DNA from: Lachnospiraceae bacterium
GTDB lineage: Bacteria > Bacillota > Clostridia > Lachnospirales > Lachnospiraceae
Assembly (NCBI GenBank): GCA_004557975.1
Contig: SFEV01000007.1
Location: 2,514 to 66,513 of the forward strand
Direction: 5' to 3'
Length of the DNA: 64,000 nt
Shown: piece after piece, positions 49,146-59,007 of the stretch
Position numbering within the stretch: the stretch's first letter is position 1
How the letters are laid out: each line of letters starts with the position of its first letter
Program-made: the position numbers and the translations under genes
The notes under the pieces: model-generated
The model's input: only the letters and a program-made list of their open reading frames with translations
The model's database searches: none
Told to the model about the DNA's origin: nothing

Positions 49146-49622
49146 TTAAAAGATCAGTGCTCCGATTGCACCGAACAGTCCGGCGCTGGCAGCTCCCATA
49201 ATGATTCCGGCGAGAATGACGCCAAGCATAACGGCCAGGACACTGGATTTGAAATCCATATCAAGCAGGCTGGCAGCCAGTGTTCCTGTCCATGCGCCCG
49301 TTCCCGGCAGAGGGATGCCGACAAAGAGCAGGAGAGCAAGAAACAGTCCGCGGCCAGCCTTGGCCTGCAGTTTCTTTCCTCCCTTTTCGCCTTTTTCGAG
49401 ACAGAAGGTAAAAAATTTTCCGATATAAGGTTTGTCTTTGCCCCAGATCAGTACTTTTCTTGCGAACAGGTAAATAATCGGGACGGGGAGCATATTTCCG
49501 ACAATGGCAATGATGTACGATGGCAGCAGCGGGAGTCCGAGGGCTATGGCGTAAGGCACAGCTGCACGGAGCTCAATGAGCGGAACCATGGAAATAAAAA
49601 ATACAATCAGATAATTTGTCAT
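49146..49622 (-). CDS. small multidrug export protein (COG2426-like)
   Basis: Motifs SMVPLIELR and FVGIPLPGTGAWTG. Confidence 0.88.
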   Translation of the reverse strand: MTNYLIVFFISMVPLIELRAAVPYAIALGLPLLPSYIIAIVGNMLPVPIIYLFARKVLIWGKDKPYIGKFFTFCLEKGEKGGKKLQAKAGRGLFLALLLFVGIPLPGTGAWTGTLAASLLDMDFKSSVLAVMLGVILAGIIMGAASAGLFGAIGALIF

Positions 49623-49832
49623 AGTAATCTCCTTATTAATCTCTTCATGAAAATGTCTGCATGGGCTATTATACATGAAAACAGATTTTGTGCATAGTAC
49701 TGAAATCTTATTTTTTGCGAAAGTGAATAAAAATGGAAATTCTACATATACTCACGTTACAGGGAAGGCTGTGCTTTTCCGGAAACAGTGTCTGCCGGGA
49801 ATGGAAGCAGGCGCAGAAAAGGAGCGGAGATT

Positions 49833-50261
49833 ATGTGGGGAATATTGACGGCACTGCTGTCAGGTGCACTGATGAGCATCCAGGGAGTATTCAATACGGA
49901 GGTCACAAAACAGACGAGCCTGTGGCTGTCCTCAGCCTTTGTGCAGTTTACGGCGCTGCTTGTATGTCTCGCGGCGTGGCTGTTCACAGACAGAACAAAC
50001 GTGATGACGCTGGCACAGGTGGAGCACAGATACATGCTGCTGTCCGGTGTGATCGGGGCATTTATTACAATTACCGTTGTAAAAAGTATGGGAAGCCTGG
50101 GACCTGCACGGGCCGCCATGCTGATTGTCATTTCACAGCTTATTGTGGCGTACCTGATTGAACTGCTGGGGATTTTTGGTGTGGAGAAGCAGCCTCTGGA
50201 GTGGAGAAAGGTGATCGGAATGGCGATCTCCATCGCCGGAATAGTCATCTTCAAATGGTAG
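49833..50261 (+). CDS. DMT family transporter (YdcZ/DUF606-like)
   Basis: GALMSIQGVFN, SGVIGA, SQLIVAYLIE.LG.FG. Confidence 0.85.
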   Translation: MWGILTALLSGALMSIQGVFNTEVTKQTSLWLSSAFVQFTALLVCLAAWLFTDRTNVMTLAQVEHRYMLLSGVIGAFITITVVKSMGSLGPARAAMLIVISQLIVAYLIELLGIFGVEKQPLEWRKVIGMAISIAGIVIFKW

Positions 50262-50290
50262 GAAAACAGTAAACCGGAAAATCCGAAACG

Positions 50291-50319
50291 TTGACGATTG
50301 GTAAAAATACGGGTATAAT
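50291..50319 (+). promoter_or_regulatory. sigma-A promoter of glgX
   Basis: TTGACG-17 nt-TATAAT. Confidence 0.75.
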
Positions 50320-50374
50320 AATACGCAGCGTTTGCGCCGGAAAACGAAAGAAAAGAGAAACTGGAGGATCAATT

Positions 50375-52516
50375 TTGAAATTTTACACACATAAATATAC
50401 AACAGACATGGAAGTATCGGTCTGTCCGATGGGGGAAATTTCAGGATTTCCCGTAAGGCCGGGCATGTTTGACATCAACGGGGCGATGGTACTGCCGGTT
50501 GGTGTGAATTTTACAGTTCATACGCATTACGGTACTTCCTGTGAGCTGCTTCTGTTTCGCCGGGGGGAGGAGGAACCCTATGCGGTTCTGCCGTTTCCCG
50601 AAGCATACAAAATCGGTGACGTCTATTCCATGATTGTGTTTGGCCTGAATATTGACGAATTTGAGTATGCATACCGTATCGACGGTCCCCATGATCCTGC
50701 AAAGGGACATACCTTTGACAGGGAAGCAATTCTCCTTGACCCGTATGCCAGGGCAGTGGCGGGACAGCGGATCTGGGGAAAGAAAAAGGAAAAATCGTAT
50801 CACGCCCGTGTCGTCAAGGATACCTTTGACTGGGGAGACATGATGCAGTCGAAGCGGGAGATGAGCGATCTGGTGATCTATGAGCTTCATGTCAGGGGCT
50901 TTACGCGTCATCCCTCATCCGGTGTGGAGCATAAAGGAACGTTTGCGGGACTGAAAGAAAAAATTCCATATCTGAAGGAGCTTGGCATTAATGCGGTGGA
51001 GCTGATGCCGATTTTTGAGTTTGACGAGACGATGAACTCGAGGGAAGTGAACGGAAACCAGCTTCTGGAGTACTGGGGGTATAATACCGTCAGCTTTTTT
51101 GCGCCGAATTCCAGCTATACTGCTTCCATAGAGTACAATCAGGAAGGAACAGAGCTGAAGGAGCTGATCAGGGCGCTCCACGAGAACGGCATTGAGGTGA
51201 TTCTTGATGTGGTGTTCAACCATACGGCGGAGGGAAATGAATACGGGCCGACCTTCAGCTTTAAAGGCTTTGACAACAGAATTTACTATATGCTGACGCC
51301 GGACGGAAATTACTATAATTTCAGCGGATGCGGCAATACACTCAACTGTAATCATCCCGTGGTACAGCAGATGATTCTGGAATGTCTGCGTTACTGGACA
51401 GTCAGCTACCGCGTGGATGGCTTCCGGTTTGATCTGGCCAGTATTCTCGGGAGAAATGTGGACGGCTCTCCGATGAACAATCCTCCGCTTCTGAAAAGCC
51501 TTGCGTACGATCCGATTCTGGCCAATGTAAAACTGATTGCCGAGGCATGGGATGCGGGAGGAATGTATCAGGTCGGCAGCTTTCCGGCCAGCAGACGGTG
51601 GGCCGAGTGGAACGGCAGATACCGCGATGCGGTCCGCTCTTTCCTGAAGGGCGAAAACTGGGAAGCTCAGAATGCCGCGTGGAGTATATGCGGCTCCGGA
51701 GACCTGTATGGCATGCCGAGTCCCGACTACAGCGGCAGCTACGCAGGCTACAATTCCTGTGTGAATTTCCTGACGTGCCACGACGGCTTTACCATGTACG
51801 ATCTCTATGCGTACAACGAAAAACATAACTGGGAAAATGGCTGGAACAACACGGATGGTTCCAACGACAACAGGAGCTGGAACTGCGGGGCAGAGGGCGA
51901 GACGGAGAATCAGGACGTGCTGACGCTGCGGTACCGGATGATCCGCAACGCCTTTGCAGTGCTGATGTGCAGCAGAGGAACACCGATGTTTCTGGCAGGA
52001 GACGAATTCGGCAATACACAGTTCGGCAACAACAACTGCTACTGCCAGGACAATGTGTGCTCATGGCTGGACTGGAGTCTGCTGAAAAAGAACAGAGAGC
52101 TGTTTGAATTCTTCCGCTTTATGATCGCATTTCGCCACAGACATCCTGTGATCCGCAAAAAGCTGCCGGATGCCGTGTGCGGAATGGAACCGCTCCACAC
52201 TCACGATGTCCGCGCCGAGATTCTTGGCATCCCTGGTGATGCGCGCACGTTTGCGGTCAGCTTTGCCGGGTATGACCGGGAAAACGGCAGGGACGACCTT
52301 GTATATATCTGTATCAATACGTACTGGGAGGATGTTACGGTCACGCTACCTGACCTGCGTCGGACGGGCGCATGGTATCTGAGTGTCAATACGTACGGGG
52401 ACGGAGAAGGAAGATATTTCTACCCGGAGGGACAGGAGATAAGGATTGACGGTGTGTTTATTATGCGCCCGCGCTCCGTGGCCGTATTCACAGGTCGCGG
52501 GAACCGATTCTCCTGA
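50375..52516 (+). CDS. glgX: glycogen debranching enzyme / isoamylase (GH13, CBM48)
   Basis: Motifs YELHVRGF, YWGY, DVVFNHT, DGFRFDLA, IAEAWD, HDGFT and GNNN.YCQD; TTG start after GGAGG. Confidence 0.92.
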   Translation: MKFYTHKYTTDMEVSVCPMGEISGFPVRPGMFDINGAMVLPVGVNFTVHTHYGTSCELLLFRRGEEEPYAVLPFPEAYKIGDVYSMIVFGLNIDEFEYAYRIDGPHDPAKGHTFDREAILLDPYARAVAGQRIWGKKKEKSYHARVVKDTFDWGDMMQSKREMSDLVIYELHVRGFTRHPSSGVEHKGTFAGLKEKIPYLKELGINAVELMPIFEFDETMNSREVNGNQLLEYWGYNTVSFFAPNSSYTASIEYNQEGTELKELIRALHENGIEVILDVVFNHTAEGNEYGPTFSFKGFDNRIYYMLTPDGNYYNFSGCGNTLNCNHPVVQQMILECLRYWTVSYRVDGFRFDLASILGRNVDGSPMNNPPLLKSLAYDPILANVKLIAEAWDAGGMYQVGSFPASRRWAEWNGRYRDAVRSFLKGENWEAQNAAWSICGSGDLYGMPSPDYSGSYAGYNSCVNFLTCHDGFTMYDLYAYNEKHNWENGWNNTDGSNDNRSWNCGAEGETENQDVLTLRYRMIRNAFAVLMCSRGTPMFLAGDEFGNTQFGNNNCYCQDNVCSWLDWSLLKKNRELFEFFRFMIAFRHRHPVIRKKLPDAVCGMEPLHTHDVRAEILGIPGDARTFAVSFAGYDRENGRDDLVYICINTYWEDVTVTLPDLRRTGAWYLSVNTYGDGEGRYFYPEGQEIRIDGVFIMRPRSVAVFTGRGNRFS

Positions 52517-52630
52517 CAGGATCGTAATAATAATCAATAATATTGTAAAAAAGATGTTGCAAGTACGTTACTTTTTCGTTAAAATAAAGAATGCATGAGG
52601 GGAACCACGGCATCTGGCTGTCGGGGGGAT

Positions 52631-53323
52631 ATGCAGAAAAGTAAGAGAGGGCTGGCAGCAGCCCTGTTGTGCGTGCTGATTTTCATGACCGGATGTTCCG
52701 GAGAACAGGATGTTTATCAGGCCGGATGGGAGAGTGAGACGACGGGCGCACGCGATGAGAAAATGACGAAAATGTTTGAAAGTGCATCGGATGCAGGCAC
52801 TGTACAGGCGGCTTCACCGGAGACTGAGACGGATGTTCCGGCCGGATACGTGTATGTATGCGGGGCAGTGAACCAGCCGGGAGTGTACCCGGTGACGGAG
52901 GACATGCGTCTGTTTGAGGCGGTTGCCATGGCAGGCGGTTTTTCCGTGGATGCTGATGAACAGTGGCTCAACCAGGCATCCCGTGTCTGTGACGGACAGC
53001 GTGTGTACGTGTATACGCTGGAGGAGACGCGGCAGATGGCGCAGAACGGGTCTGCAGGACAGACTGCAGATACATTCGCAGAAATGCAGGAGGCAGGTGC
53101 GGACACAATGTCCGGAATGCAGGATGGACAGCAGAAAGTCAATCTGAATACGGCAGGCCGCGAGGAGCTGATGACGCTTCCGGGGATCGGCAGGGCGAAG
53201 GCAGATGCGATTGTGCAGTACCGTACGGAGCACGGCAGCTTTAAGAAGATCGAGGAGATACAGAACATATCCGGGATCAAGGAAGCCGTGTTTGCAAAGA
53301 TCAGAGATTACATAACAGTTTAA
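52631..53323 (+). CDS. comEA: competence DNA receptor ComEA (SLBB + helix-hairpin-helix), predicted lipoprotein
   Basis: FMTGC lipobox; VYVCGAVNQPGVY; VNLNTA..EELMTLPGIG..KA; promoter TTGCAA-17-TAAAAT at 52557-52585. Confidence 0.9.
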   Translation: MQKSKRGLAAALLCVLIFMTGCSGEQDVYQAGWESETTGARDEKMTKMFESASDAGTVQAASPETETDVPAGYVYVCGAVNQPGVYPVTEDMRLFEAVAMAGGFSVDADEQWLNQASRVCDGQRVYVYTLEETRQMAQNGSAGQTADTFAEMQEAGADTMSGMQDGQQKVNLNTAGREELMTLPGIGRAKADAIVQYRTEHGSFKKIEEIQNISGIKEAVFAKIRDYITV

Positions 53324-53340
53324 ATAAAAGGAGTATTGGC

Positions 53341-54030
53341 ATGGGAAAAAAGGTTCTGGTAGTGGATGATGAAAAACTGATTGTGAAAGGAATCCGTTTC
53401 AGTCTGGAGCAGGATGACATGGAAGTGGACTGTGCTTATGACGGGGAGGAAGCCGTGCGCATGGCAAAGGAAAAGGCGTATGATATTATCTTGCTTGACC
53501 TGATGCTTCCGAAGCTTGACGGGCTTGAGGTCTGCCAGCAGATCCGTGAATTTTCCGATGTACCGATCGTTATGCTGACAGCCAAGGGCGACGATATGGA
53601 CAAAATCCTTGGACTGGAGTACGGTGCCGATGACTATATTACGAAGCCGTTCAATATCCTTGAGGTGAAGGCCCGTCTGAAGGCAATCATCAGGAGAACC
53701 TCCCAGAAGGCGGCTGTGGAGCCGAAGGGGAAAATCGTCGAGGTAGGTGACCTGGCTCTTGACTGCGAGGGCAGAAGAGTCAGCATTGCGGGAAAAGAAG
53801 TAAACCTCACTGCCAAGGAGTTTGATGTGCTTGAGCTTCTTGTGTTCAACCCGAATAAAGTATACAGCAGGGAAAATCTGCTGAATATTGTGTGGGGATA
53901 CGAGTATCCGGGAGATGTGAGGACGGTAGACGTCCATATCCGCCGTCTGCGCGAAAAGATCGAGGCAAATCCGAGCGAACCGAAATATGTACATACGAAG
54001 TGGGGAGTGGGTTATTATTTCCAGCATTAA
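53341..54030 (+). CDS. OmpR-family response regulator (WalR/YycF-like)
   Basis: Motifs VVDDE, LDLMLP, MLTAK, KPF, RTVDVHIRRLREKIE and GVGY. Confidence 0.95.
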   Translation: MGKKVLVVDDEKLIVKGIRFSLEQDDMEVDCAYDGEEAVRMAKEKAYDIILLDLMLPKLDGLEVCQQIREFSDVPIVMLTAKGDDMDKILGLEYGADDYITKPFNILEVKARLKAIIRRTSQKAAVEPKGKIVEVGDLALDCEGRRVSIAGKEVNLTAKEFDVLELLVFNPNKVYSRENLLNIVWGYEYPGDVRTVDVHIRRLREKIEANPSEPKYVHTKWGVGYYFQH

Positions 54031-55450
54031 GGCAAAAGCAGTCAAGTATTTTAAGAGTCTTCAGGCAAGGATATTTGTCATTTTTATTCTTGTCGGTCTG
54101 ATTCCGATTTTTCTGATGAAATATTTTATTCTGGAAAACTATGAGGCCCAGGCAGTCTCACAGAAGAGTACGATGGTTCAGGAGCAGTGCCGTCAGCTCA
54201 CGGATCAGATCAGTGAGACAGGGTATATCAGAGGAAATGAGTCGAAGCAGGTTGACCGCCAGCTGGAGCAGCTGTCCAAGCTCTACAACGGCCGTGTGAT
54301 TATTGTCGACAGCAATTTCCTGATTATCCGGGATACATACGATATTGATGAGGGAAATGTCATCATATCGGAGGAAGTACTGCAGTGCTTTATGGGAAAG
54401 GATTCCGCCAACTACAACCGGGAGAATGAATTTCTTGAGATTACGGTTCCTCTGAGAAATAAGGATACGAAAGAGATGGAAGGAATCATGGTGGTCAGTG
54501 TGACGACCACCGATGTGGAGGCCGGAAAGGACGCACTGGGAAATACAGTACTGACTCTTCAGATTGTTCTTACGATTCTGATTCTGGCAGTTGCCTTTTA
54601 TGTTTCACGCATGCTGACCAGGCCTTTCGGGAAGATCACCAGGTCTCTGGAGGAGGTACGCGGCAGTGTGACGGAGCAGGAGATTTCGATTCCTGACTAT
54701 ACAGAGACTCAGCTTCTTGCAGAGGCATACAACAGGATGCTCAGGCGAATGAAGCTTCAGGAGGATTCGAGACAGGAATTTGTCTCAAACGTCTCACATG
54801 AGCTGAAGACACCGATCACCTCCATGAAAGTGCTCGCCGATTCGCTGCTGGCTCAGGAGGATGTACCTGTAGAGCTGTATAAAGAATTTATGGCAGATAT
54901 TGCGGAGGAGATTGACCGTGAAAATAAAATCATCTCCGATCTGCTTTCCCTTGTCAAGATGGACAAACGTTCTTCTGATATTCATATCGCAGAGACGAAT
55001 ATCAATCAGCTGATTGAGCTGGTGCTTAAGCGTCTGCGCCCCATTGCTGCAAAGCGCGGGATTGAACTGGTGCTGGAGAGTTTCAAGCCGATTCTCGCGG
55101 AAGTGGATGAGACGAAGCTGACGCTTGCAGTCTCCAACCTGATTGAAAACGGAATCAAATACAACAGAGAGGACGGGTGGGTGCACGTTTCTCTGAATAT
55201 TGACAGTAAATATTTTTATGTTAAGGTGGAGGATTCCGGAATGGGTATTCCGGAGGAGGCGCAGGAGCATATTTTTGAGCGCTTTTACCGCGTGGACAAG
55301 TCACATTCCCGTGAGATCGGAGGAACGGGACTGGGACTTGCGATTACGAGAAGTGCTGTTCTGATGCACCATGGCGCTATCAAAGTATACAGCAAGGAAG
55401 GAGAGGGAACGACCTTTACGGTGCGCATCCCTCTGAAATATGTGCCCTAG
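53987..55450 (+). CDS. membrane sensor histidine kinase (start uncertain)
   Basis: Two TM segments, HAMP-like linker, SHELKTP, NGIKY, DSGMG, FERFYRVDK and GTGLGL. Confidence 0.93.
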   Translation: MYIRSGEWVIISSIKAKAVKYFKSLQARIFVIFILVGLIPIFLMKYFILENYEAQAVSQKSTMVQEQCRQLTDQISETGYIRGNESKQVDRQLEQLSKLYNGRVIIVDSNFLIIRDTYDIDEGNVIISEEVLQCFMGKDSANYNRENEFLEITVPLRNKDTKEMEGIMVVSVTTTDVEAGKDALGNTVLTLQIVLTILILAVAFYVSRMLTRPFGKITRSLEEVRGSVTEQEISIPDYTETQLLAEAYNRMLRRMKLQEDSRQEFVSNVSHELKTPITSMKVLADSLLAQEDVPVELYKEFMADIAEEIDRENKIISDLLSLVKMDKRSSDIHIAETNINQLIELVLKRLRPIAAKRGIELVLESFKPILAEVDETKLTLAVSNLIENGIKYNREDGWVHVSLNIDSKYFYVKVEDSGMGIPEEAQEHIFERFYRVDKSHSREIGGTGLGLAITRSAVLMHHGAIKVYSKEGEGTTFTVRIPLKYVP

Positions 55451-55494
55451 TCACGAGGTACAAGGGCAGAACATATCATGCCGGGAGGAAATCT

Positions 55495-56586
55495 GTGAGA
55501 AAAAAATGGAATCTTTTCTGGCTGGTCGCAGTGGTCATGCTGATGCTTGGCGGATGCGGCAGCCGGAGGGAAGAAAAGGGATATACTGTATATTATACGG
55601 ACACTACAGGGTCAAAGCTGATGGATGTACCGTATAATCCGGCCGCCGAAACCTTTGATGAGATGATGAAAGAGCTGCTGGGACAGCTGGCGAATGCGCC
55701 CAGCGGGTACATTAGCGTGTTTCCTTCGGATGTCACGGTTAAGGGCTATGAGCGCGGTATTGACGCGCTGAGAATTGATTTTTCCAAAGAGTACTATGAG
55801 CTGGACAATATCGGTGAGATTCTGCTTCGTGCCGCCGTCATCAAAACGATTTCTCAGATCCCCGGTGTCACCAAAATAATGATTACCGTGGAGGGGCAGC
55901 AGCTTGTGGATACGGACGGAAAGCCTGTTCCGGCGATGGATGCGGCCAGCTTTATTGATACGAAGGAGGGCGGAATTAATTCCTACCAGTACGCGACGCT
56001 TACGTGCTATTTTTCTGATACGGCGGGGGAAAAGCTGGTGGCGGAGACGCGTGAGGTCCACTATTCCAGCAATATGATGCTGGAACGCGTCGTCATGGAA
56101 CAGCTGATCCGGGGACCGGAGAATGCGGGAGCAAGTGCTGTCGTTTCAGGATCGGCCAAAATTCTCAGTGTCAGTGTGAATAATGGAATCTGTACGATCA
56201 ATCTTGATTCCGAATTCAACAAGGCTCCGTCAGAGAGCACGGTCAGGCCGGAGGTGGCGCTGTATGCCGTTGCAAATTCCATCTGTGGAGCGTGTGAGAC
56301 TATCAGCGGCGTAAAATTTGAGATAAATGGAAAAGATGACGTTAAATACCGCGACCAGGTTGAGATTGATCACGTATTTATGCCGGACATGCAGTTTGCA
56401 AAGAATGAGGATTCCGGGACAGAAGATTCCGTGGAATCTTCGACGGAAGATATACAGACAGAATCCGTAATGCAGACTGAGCAGGCATCCGAATCTGATA
56501 CAGAGCTTCTTTCCGAGGATGAGACATCGGATATGGCAGCAGGCAATCCGGTGGTAGGCATTGATCCGCTGCTGACAAAGGAGTGA
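55495..56586 (+). CDS. GerMN-domain lipoprotein
   Basis: LGGC lipobox; two GerMN-like repeats (EQLIRGP..., YAVANSI...VKFEING); acidic tail. Confidence 0.82.
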   Translation: MRKKWNLFWLVAVVMLMLGGCGSRREEKGYTVYYTDTTGSKLMDVPYNPAAETFDEMMKELLGQLANAPSGYISVFPSDVTVKGYERGIDALRIDFSKEYYELDNIGEILLRAAVIKTISQIPGVTKIMITVEGQQLVDTDGKPVPAMDAASFIDTKEGGINSYQYATLTCYFSDTAGEKLVAETREVHYSSNMMLERVVMEQLIRGPENAGASAVVSGSAKILSVSVNNGICTINLDSEFNKAPSESTVRPEVALYAVANSICGACETISGVKFEINGKDDVKYRDQVEIDHVFMPDMQFAKNEDSGTEDSVESSTEDIQTESVMQTEQASESDTELLSEDETSDMAAGNPVVGIDPLLTKE

Positions 56587-56590
56587 TGCG

Positions 56591-58924
56591 GTGAAAAGAC
56601 CGCTGTTATGGTTTGGCGCGGTCTGCTTCCTCGTTCTGGCACTGTTGGGAAATACCGGAGATTCACAGGAGAGTCCTCCGGTATTTTTTGAAACATGGCT
56701 GTCAGAACAAGGTGCAGCGCCGGGCGCATCTGTTGAATTTGAAGGCCGTGTCTCTTCGTGTGACGCGGTATCTGAGGGCTTACGCCTGTCTGTTTCTGAA
56801 GTGACGGTCCGTATACCGGATTCGTCAGAAATTTCTTTTTTACCCGAACAAAAACTGATTTTTACCACAGACCAGATCAATCCTGCACCAGGTGACCGTC
56901 TGCGTTTTTCCGGCTGTTTTGAATCCTTTGAGTCTGCCCGAAATCCCGGAAATTTTGATGCAAAGCAGTATTATGGCAGTCATAATACGGTGGGACGAAT
57001 AAAAGATGTGAAGCTTCTTGGGTGGAACCGAGGAAGCTTTTCTGTGCGTGGGATGATGCACAGACTGCGGGGAGCACTGCGTATTTCCTGCGGCAGGATT
57101 CTGGGAGATAAGAAGGGGCGGATTCTGTCGGCCATCTGTCTGGGAGAGAAGAGCAATCTGGAGCAGGAATGGAAAAACACGTATCAGGAGGGCGGAATTT
57201 CCCATATTCTGGCAGTTTCCGGACTGCATGTTTCCATGACAGGGATGGGGATTTTTTACATGCTCAGACGGCTGCGGCTGTCATATGAACTCTCCGCTTT
57301 TTTCTCAGGAATGGCAGCATCGCTATACGTGATCATGGCAGGAGGCGGGATATCGGCTACGCGTGCTCTGGTGATGTTTTTCCTGTGGCTGGGGGCACAG
57401 GTCTGCGGCAGAAAGTACGATATGATAACCTCGGTTTCAGTGGCAGCGGTGCTTCTTCTGCTGAAAAATCCGCGTGCTGTAAAAGACGCGTCATTTCTGC
57501 TGTCCTTCGGTGCAGTGCTTACCCTCGCGGTGCTCGTCCCGTGTGTGAGGGAGACATGCGGGATCAGAAACCGTTTCATCACTGCAGTAACTGGTTCTGC
57601 ATGCATCTTTATGGGAATGCTGCCTGTCAGTCTGTATTTCTTCTATCAGGTATCTCCGTGGAGTATTCCCGTCAACATGGCGGTTGCTGCGCTTATGACT
57701 CCTCTGATGGGAACAGGTATGGCGGCTGCCGCTGCAGGAACGTGTTCCCTGGCTGTGGGGACATTCCTGGCAGCTCCGTCGTCATATCTGCTCAGTCTGT
57801 TTGAACTGCTCTGTAAGCTGGAGCAGCATCTGCCATCTGGCGTGTGGGTTGCCGGACGCCCGAGTGCGGAAAATATAGCGGTGTATTATCTTCTCCTGGC
57901 AGCAGCGGGACTTTGGACATGGAAACATGGGAAGGAGCCTGCTGTGGCAGGGAAAAAAACTGCTGTGCCGGGAAAACGTGTTTCTGTCTGTCTGGTATGG
58001 CTGATGACTTTTTGTATCTGTATTTCTCTCATGTGCCACAGATCTGAGCGGCAGCTTCGGATTGTCTGTCTCGACGTGGGACAGGGCGACGGCGCTCTGC
58101 TGATGTTTCCCGACGGGACAAGCTGTCTAATAGACGGAGGAAGCAGTTCTGTGAGCAAAGTGTGGGAGTACCGAATCTCACAGACCTTAAAATATTATGG
58201 GGTGTCGAAGCTTGACTGCCTCTTTCTTTCTCATGCGGACAGTGACCACACAAATGGAGTAAAAACGTTTCTGCAGGAATATGAGGCGGGACCGGATGGG
58301 AGGAATGTGCACGGAATTACGTTAGGCAGTCTTGTACTTCCGCCGGTTCTGGAGGAGGACTTCAGTGAGCTTAAGGCAATGGCCGCAGAACATGGTATCA
58401 CTGTGCTGACCATGGAAGCGGGGGATAACATCGGCAGATGGTGCTGCGACAAAGACCGGGACAGTGAGAAATTCCTTTGCAGTACTTGTTTGGGACGGGC
58501 CTCCTGGAAACTGGAGTGTCTTGCACCCCGGTCTGAGGCGCTCTCCGGTGAACGGAATGAGGATTCCATGGTTCTGATGGTCCGGTATGGGAACTTCCGG
58601 ATGCTGTTTACCGGGGATCTGGAGAGAGAAGCGGAAAAAAGGCTGGCAGATCAGCAGGAGGAGCTGCGTGCAGACGTACTGAAGGTGGGGCACCATGGAT
58701 CAAAGAACGGAACCTCGGAGATGTTCCTTTCCGCTGTGATGCCTGAGGTGGCCGTAATTTCCAGTGGAGAAAACAACCGTTACGGACATCCCGCGCCGGA
58801 GACAATTGAAAGACTTCTGGAAGCGGGGGCTGAAATACTGGAAACGTCGCAGGGAGGCGCTGTGACCGTGATGTCGGATGGCAGAACATTTCAGGCAGAA
58901 TCTTTTGCTGATCAGGATTTATAA
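56591..58924 (+). CDS. comEC: DNA uptake channel ComEC/Rec2
   Basis: RNPGNFD, HILAVSGLH; MBL domain motifs DVGQGD, SHADSDH, TGD, KVGHHGS and NRYGHP. Confidence 0.93.
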   Translation: MKRPLLWFGAVCFLVLALLGNTGDSQESPPVFFETWLSEQGAAPGASVEFEGRVSSCDAVSEGLRLSVSEVTVRIPDSSEISFLPEQKLIFTTDQINPAPGDRLRFSGCFESFESARNPGNFDAKQYYGSHNTVGRIKDVKLLGWNRGSFSVRGMMHRLRGALRISCGRILGDKKGRILSAICLGEKSNLEQEWKNTYQEGGISHILAVSGLHVSMTGMGIFYMLRRLRLSYELSAFFSGMAASLYVIMAGGGISATRALVMFFLWLGAQVCGRKYDMITSVSVAAVLLLLKNPRAVKDASFLLSFGAVLTLAVLVPCVRETCGIRNRFITAVTGSACIFMGMLPVSLYFFYQVSPWSIPVNMAVAALMTPLMGTGMAAAAAGTCSLAVGTFLAAPSSYLLSLFELLCKLEQHLPSGVWVAGRPSAENIAVYYLLLAAAGLWTWKHGKEPAVAGKKTAVPGKRVSVCLVWLMTFCICISLMCHRSERQLRIVCLDVGQGDGALLMFPDGTSCLIDGGSSSVSKVWEYRISQTLKYYGVSKLDCLFLSHADSDHTNGVKTFLQEYEAGPDGRNVHGITLGSLVLPPVLEEDFSELKAMAAEHGITVLTMEAGDNIGRWCCDKDRDSEKFLCSTCLGRASWKLECLAPRSEALSGERNEDSMVLMVRYGNFRMLFTGDLEREAEKRLADQQEELRADVLKVGHHGSKNGTSEMFLSAVMPEVAVISSGENNRYGHPAPETIERLLEAGAEILETSQGGAVTVMSDGRTFQAESFADQDL

Positions 58925-59007
58925 CTCTTTTAAAAATTTTATGAAAAATTATGGAAAATAATTGCGGATATAGAATATAATAGTAGCAGAGGGAAGAAGG
59001 TGGACAA

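Noticed and set aside
49724..49752. Possible sigma-E promoters before the DMT gene (GAATA...CATATACT) and before the SSB gene (about 35557-35588)
   Set aside because: Short degenerate motifs in AT-rich DNA; too weak to call
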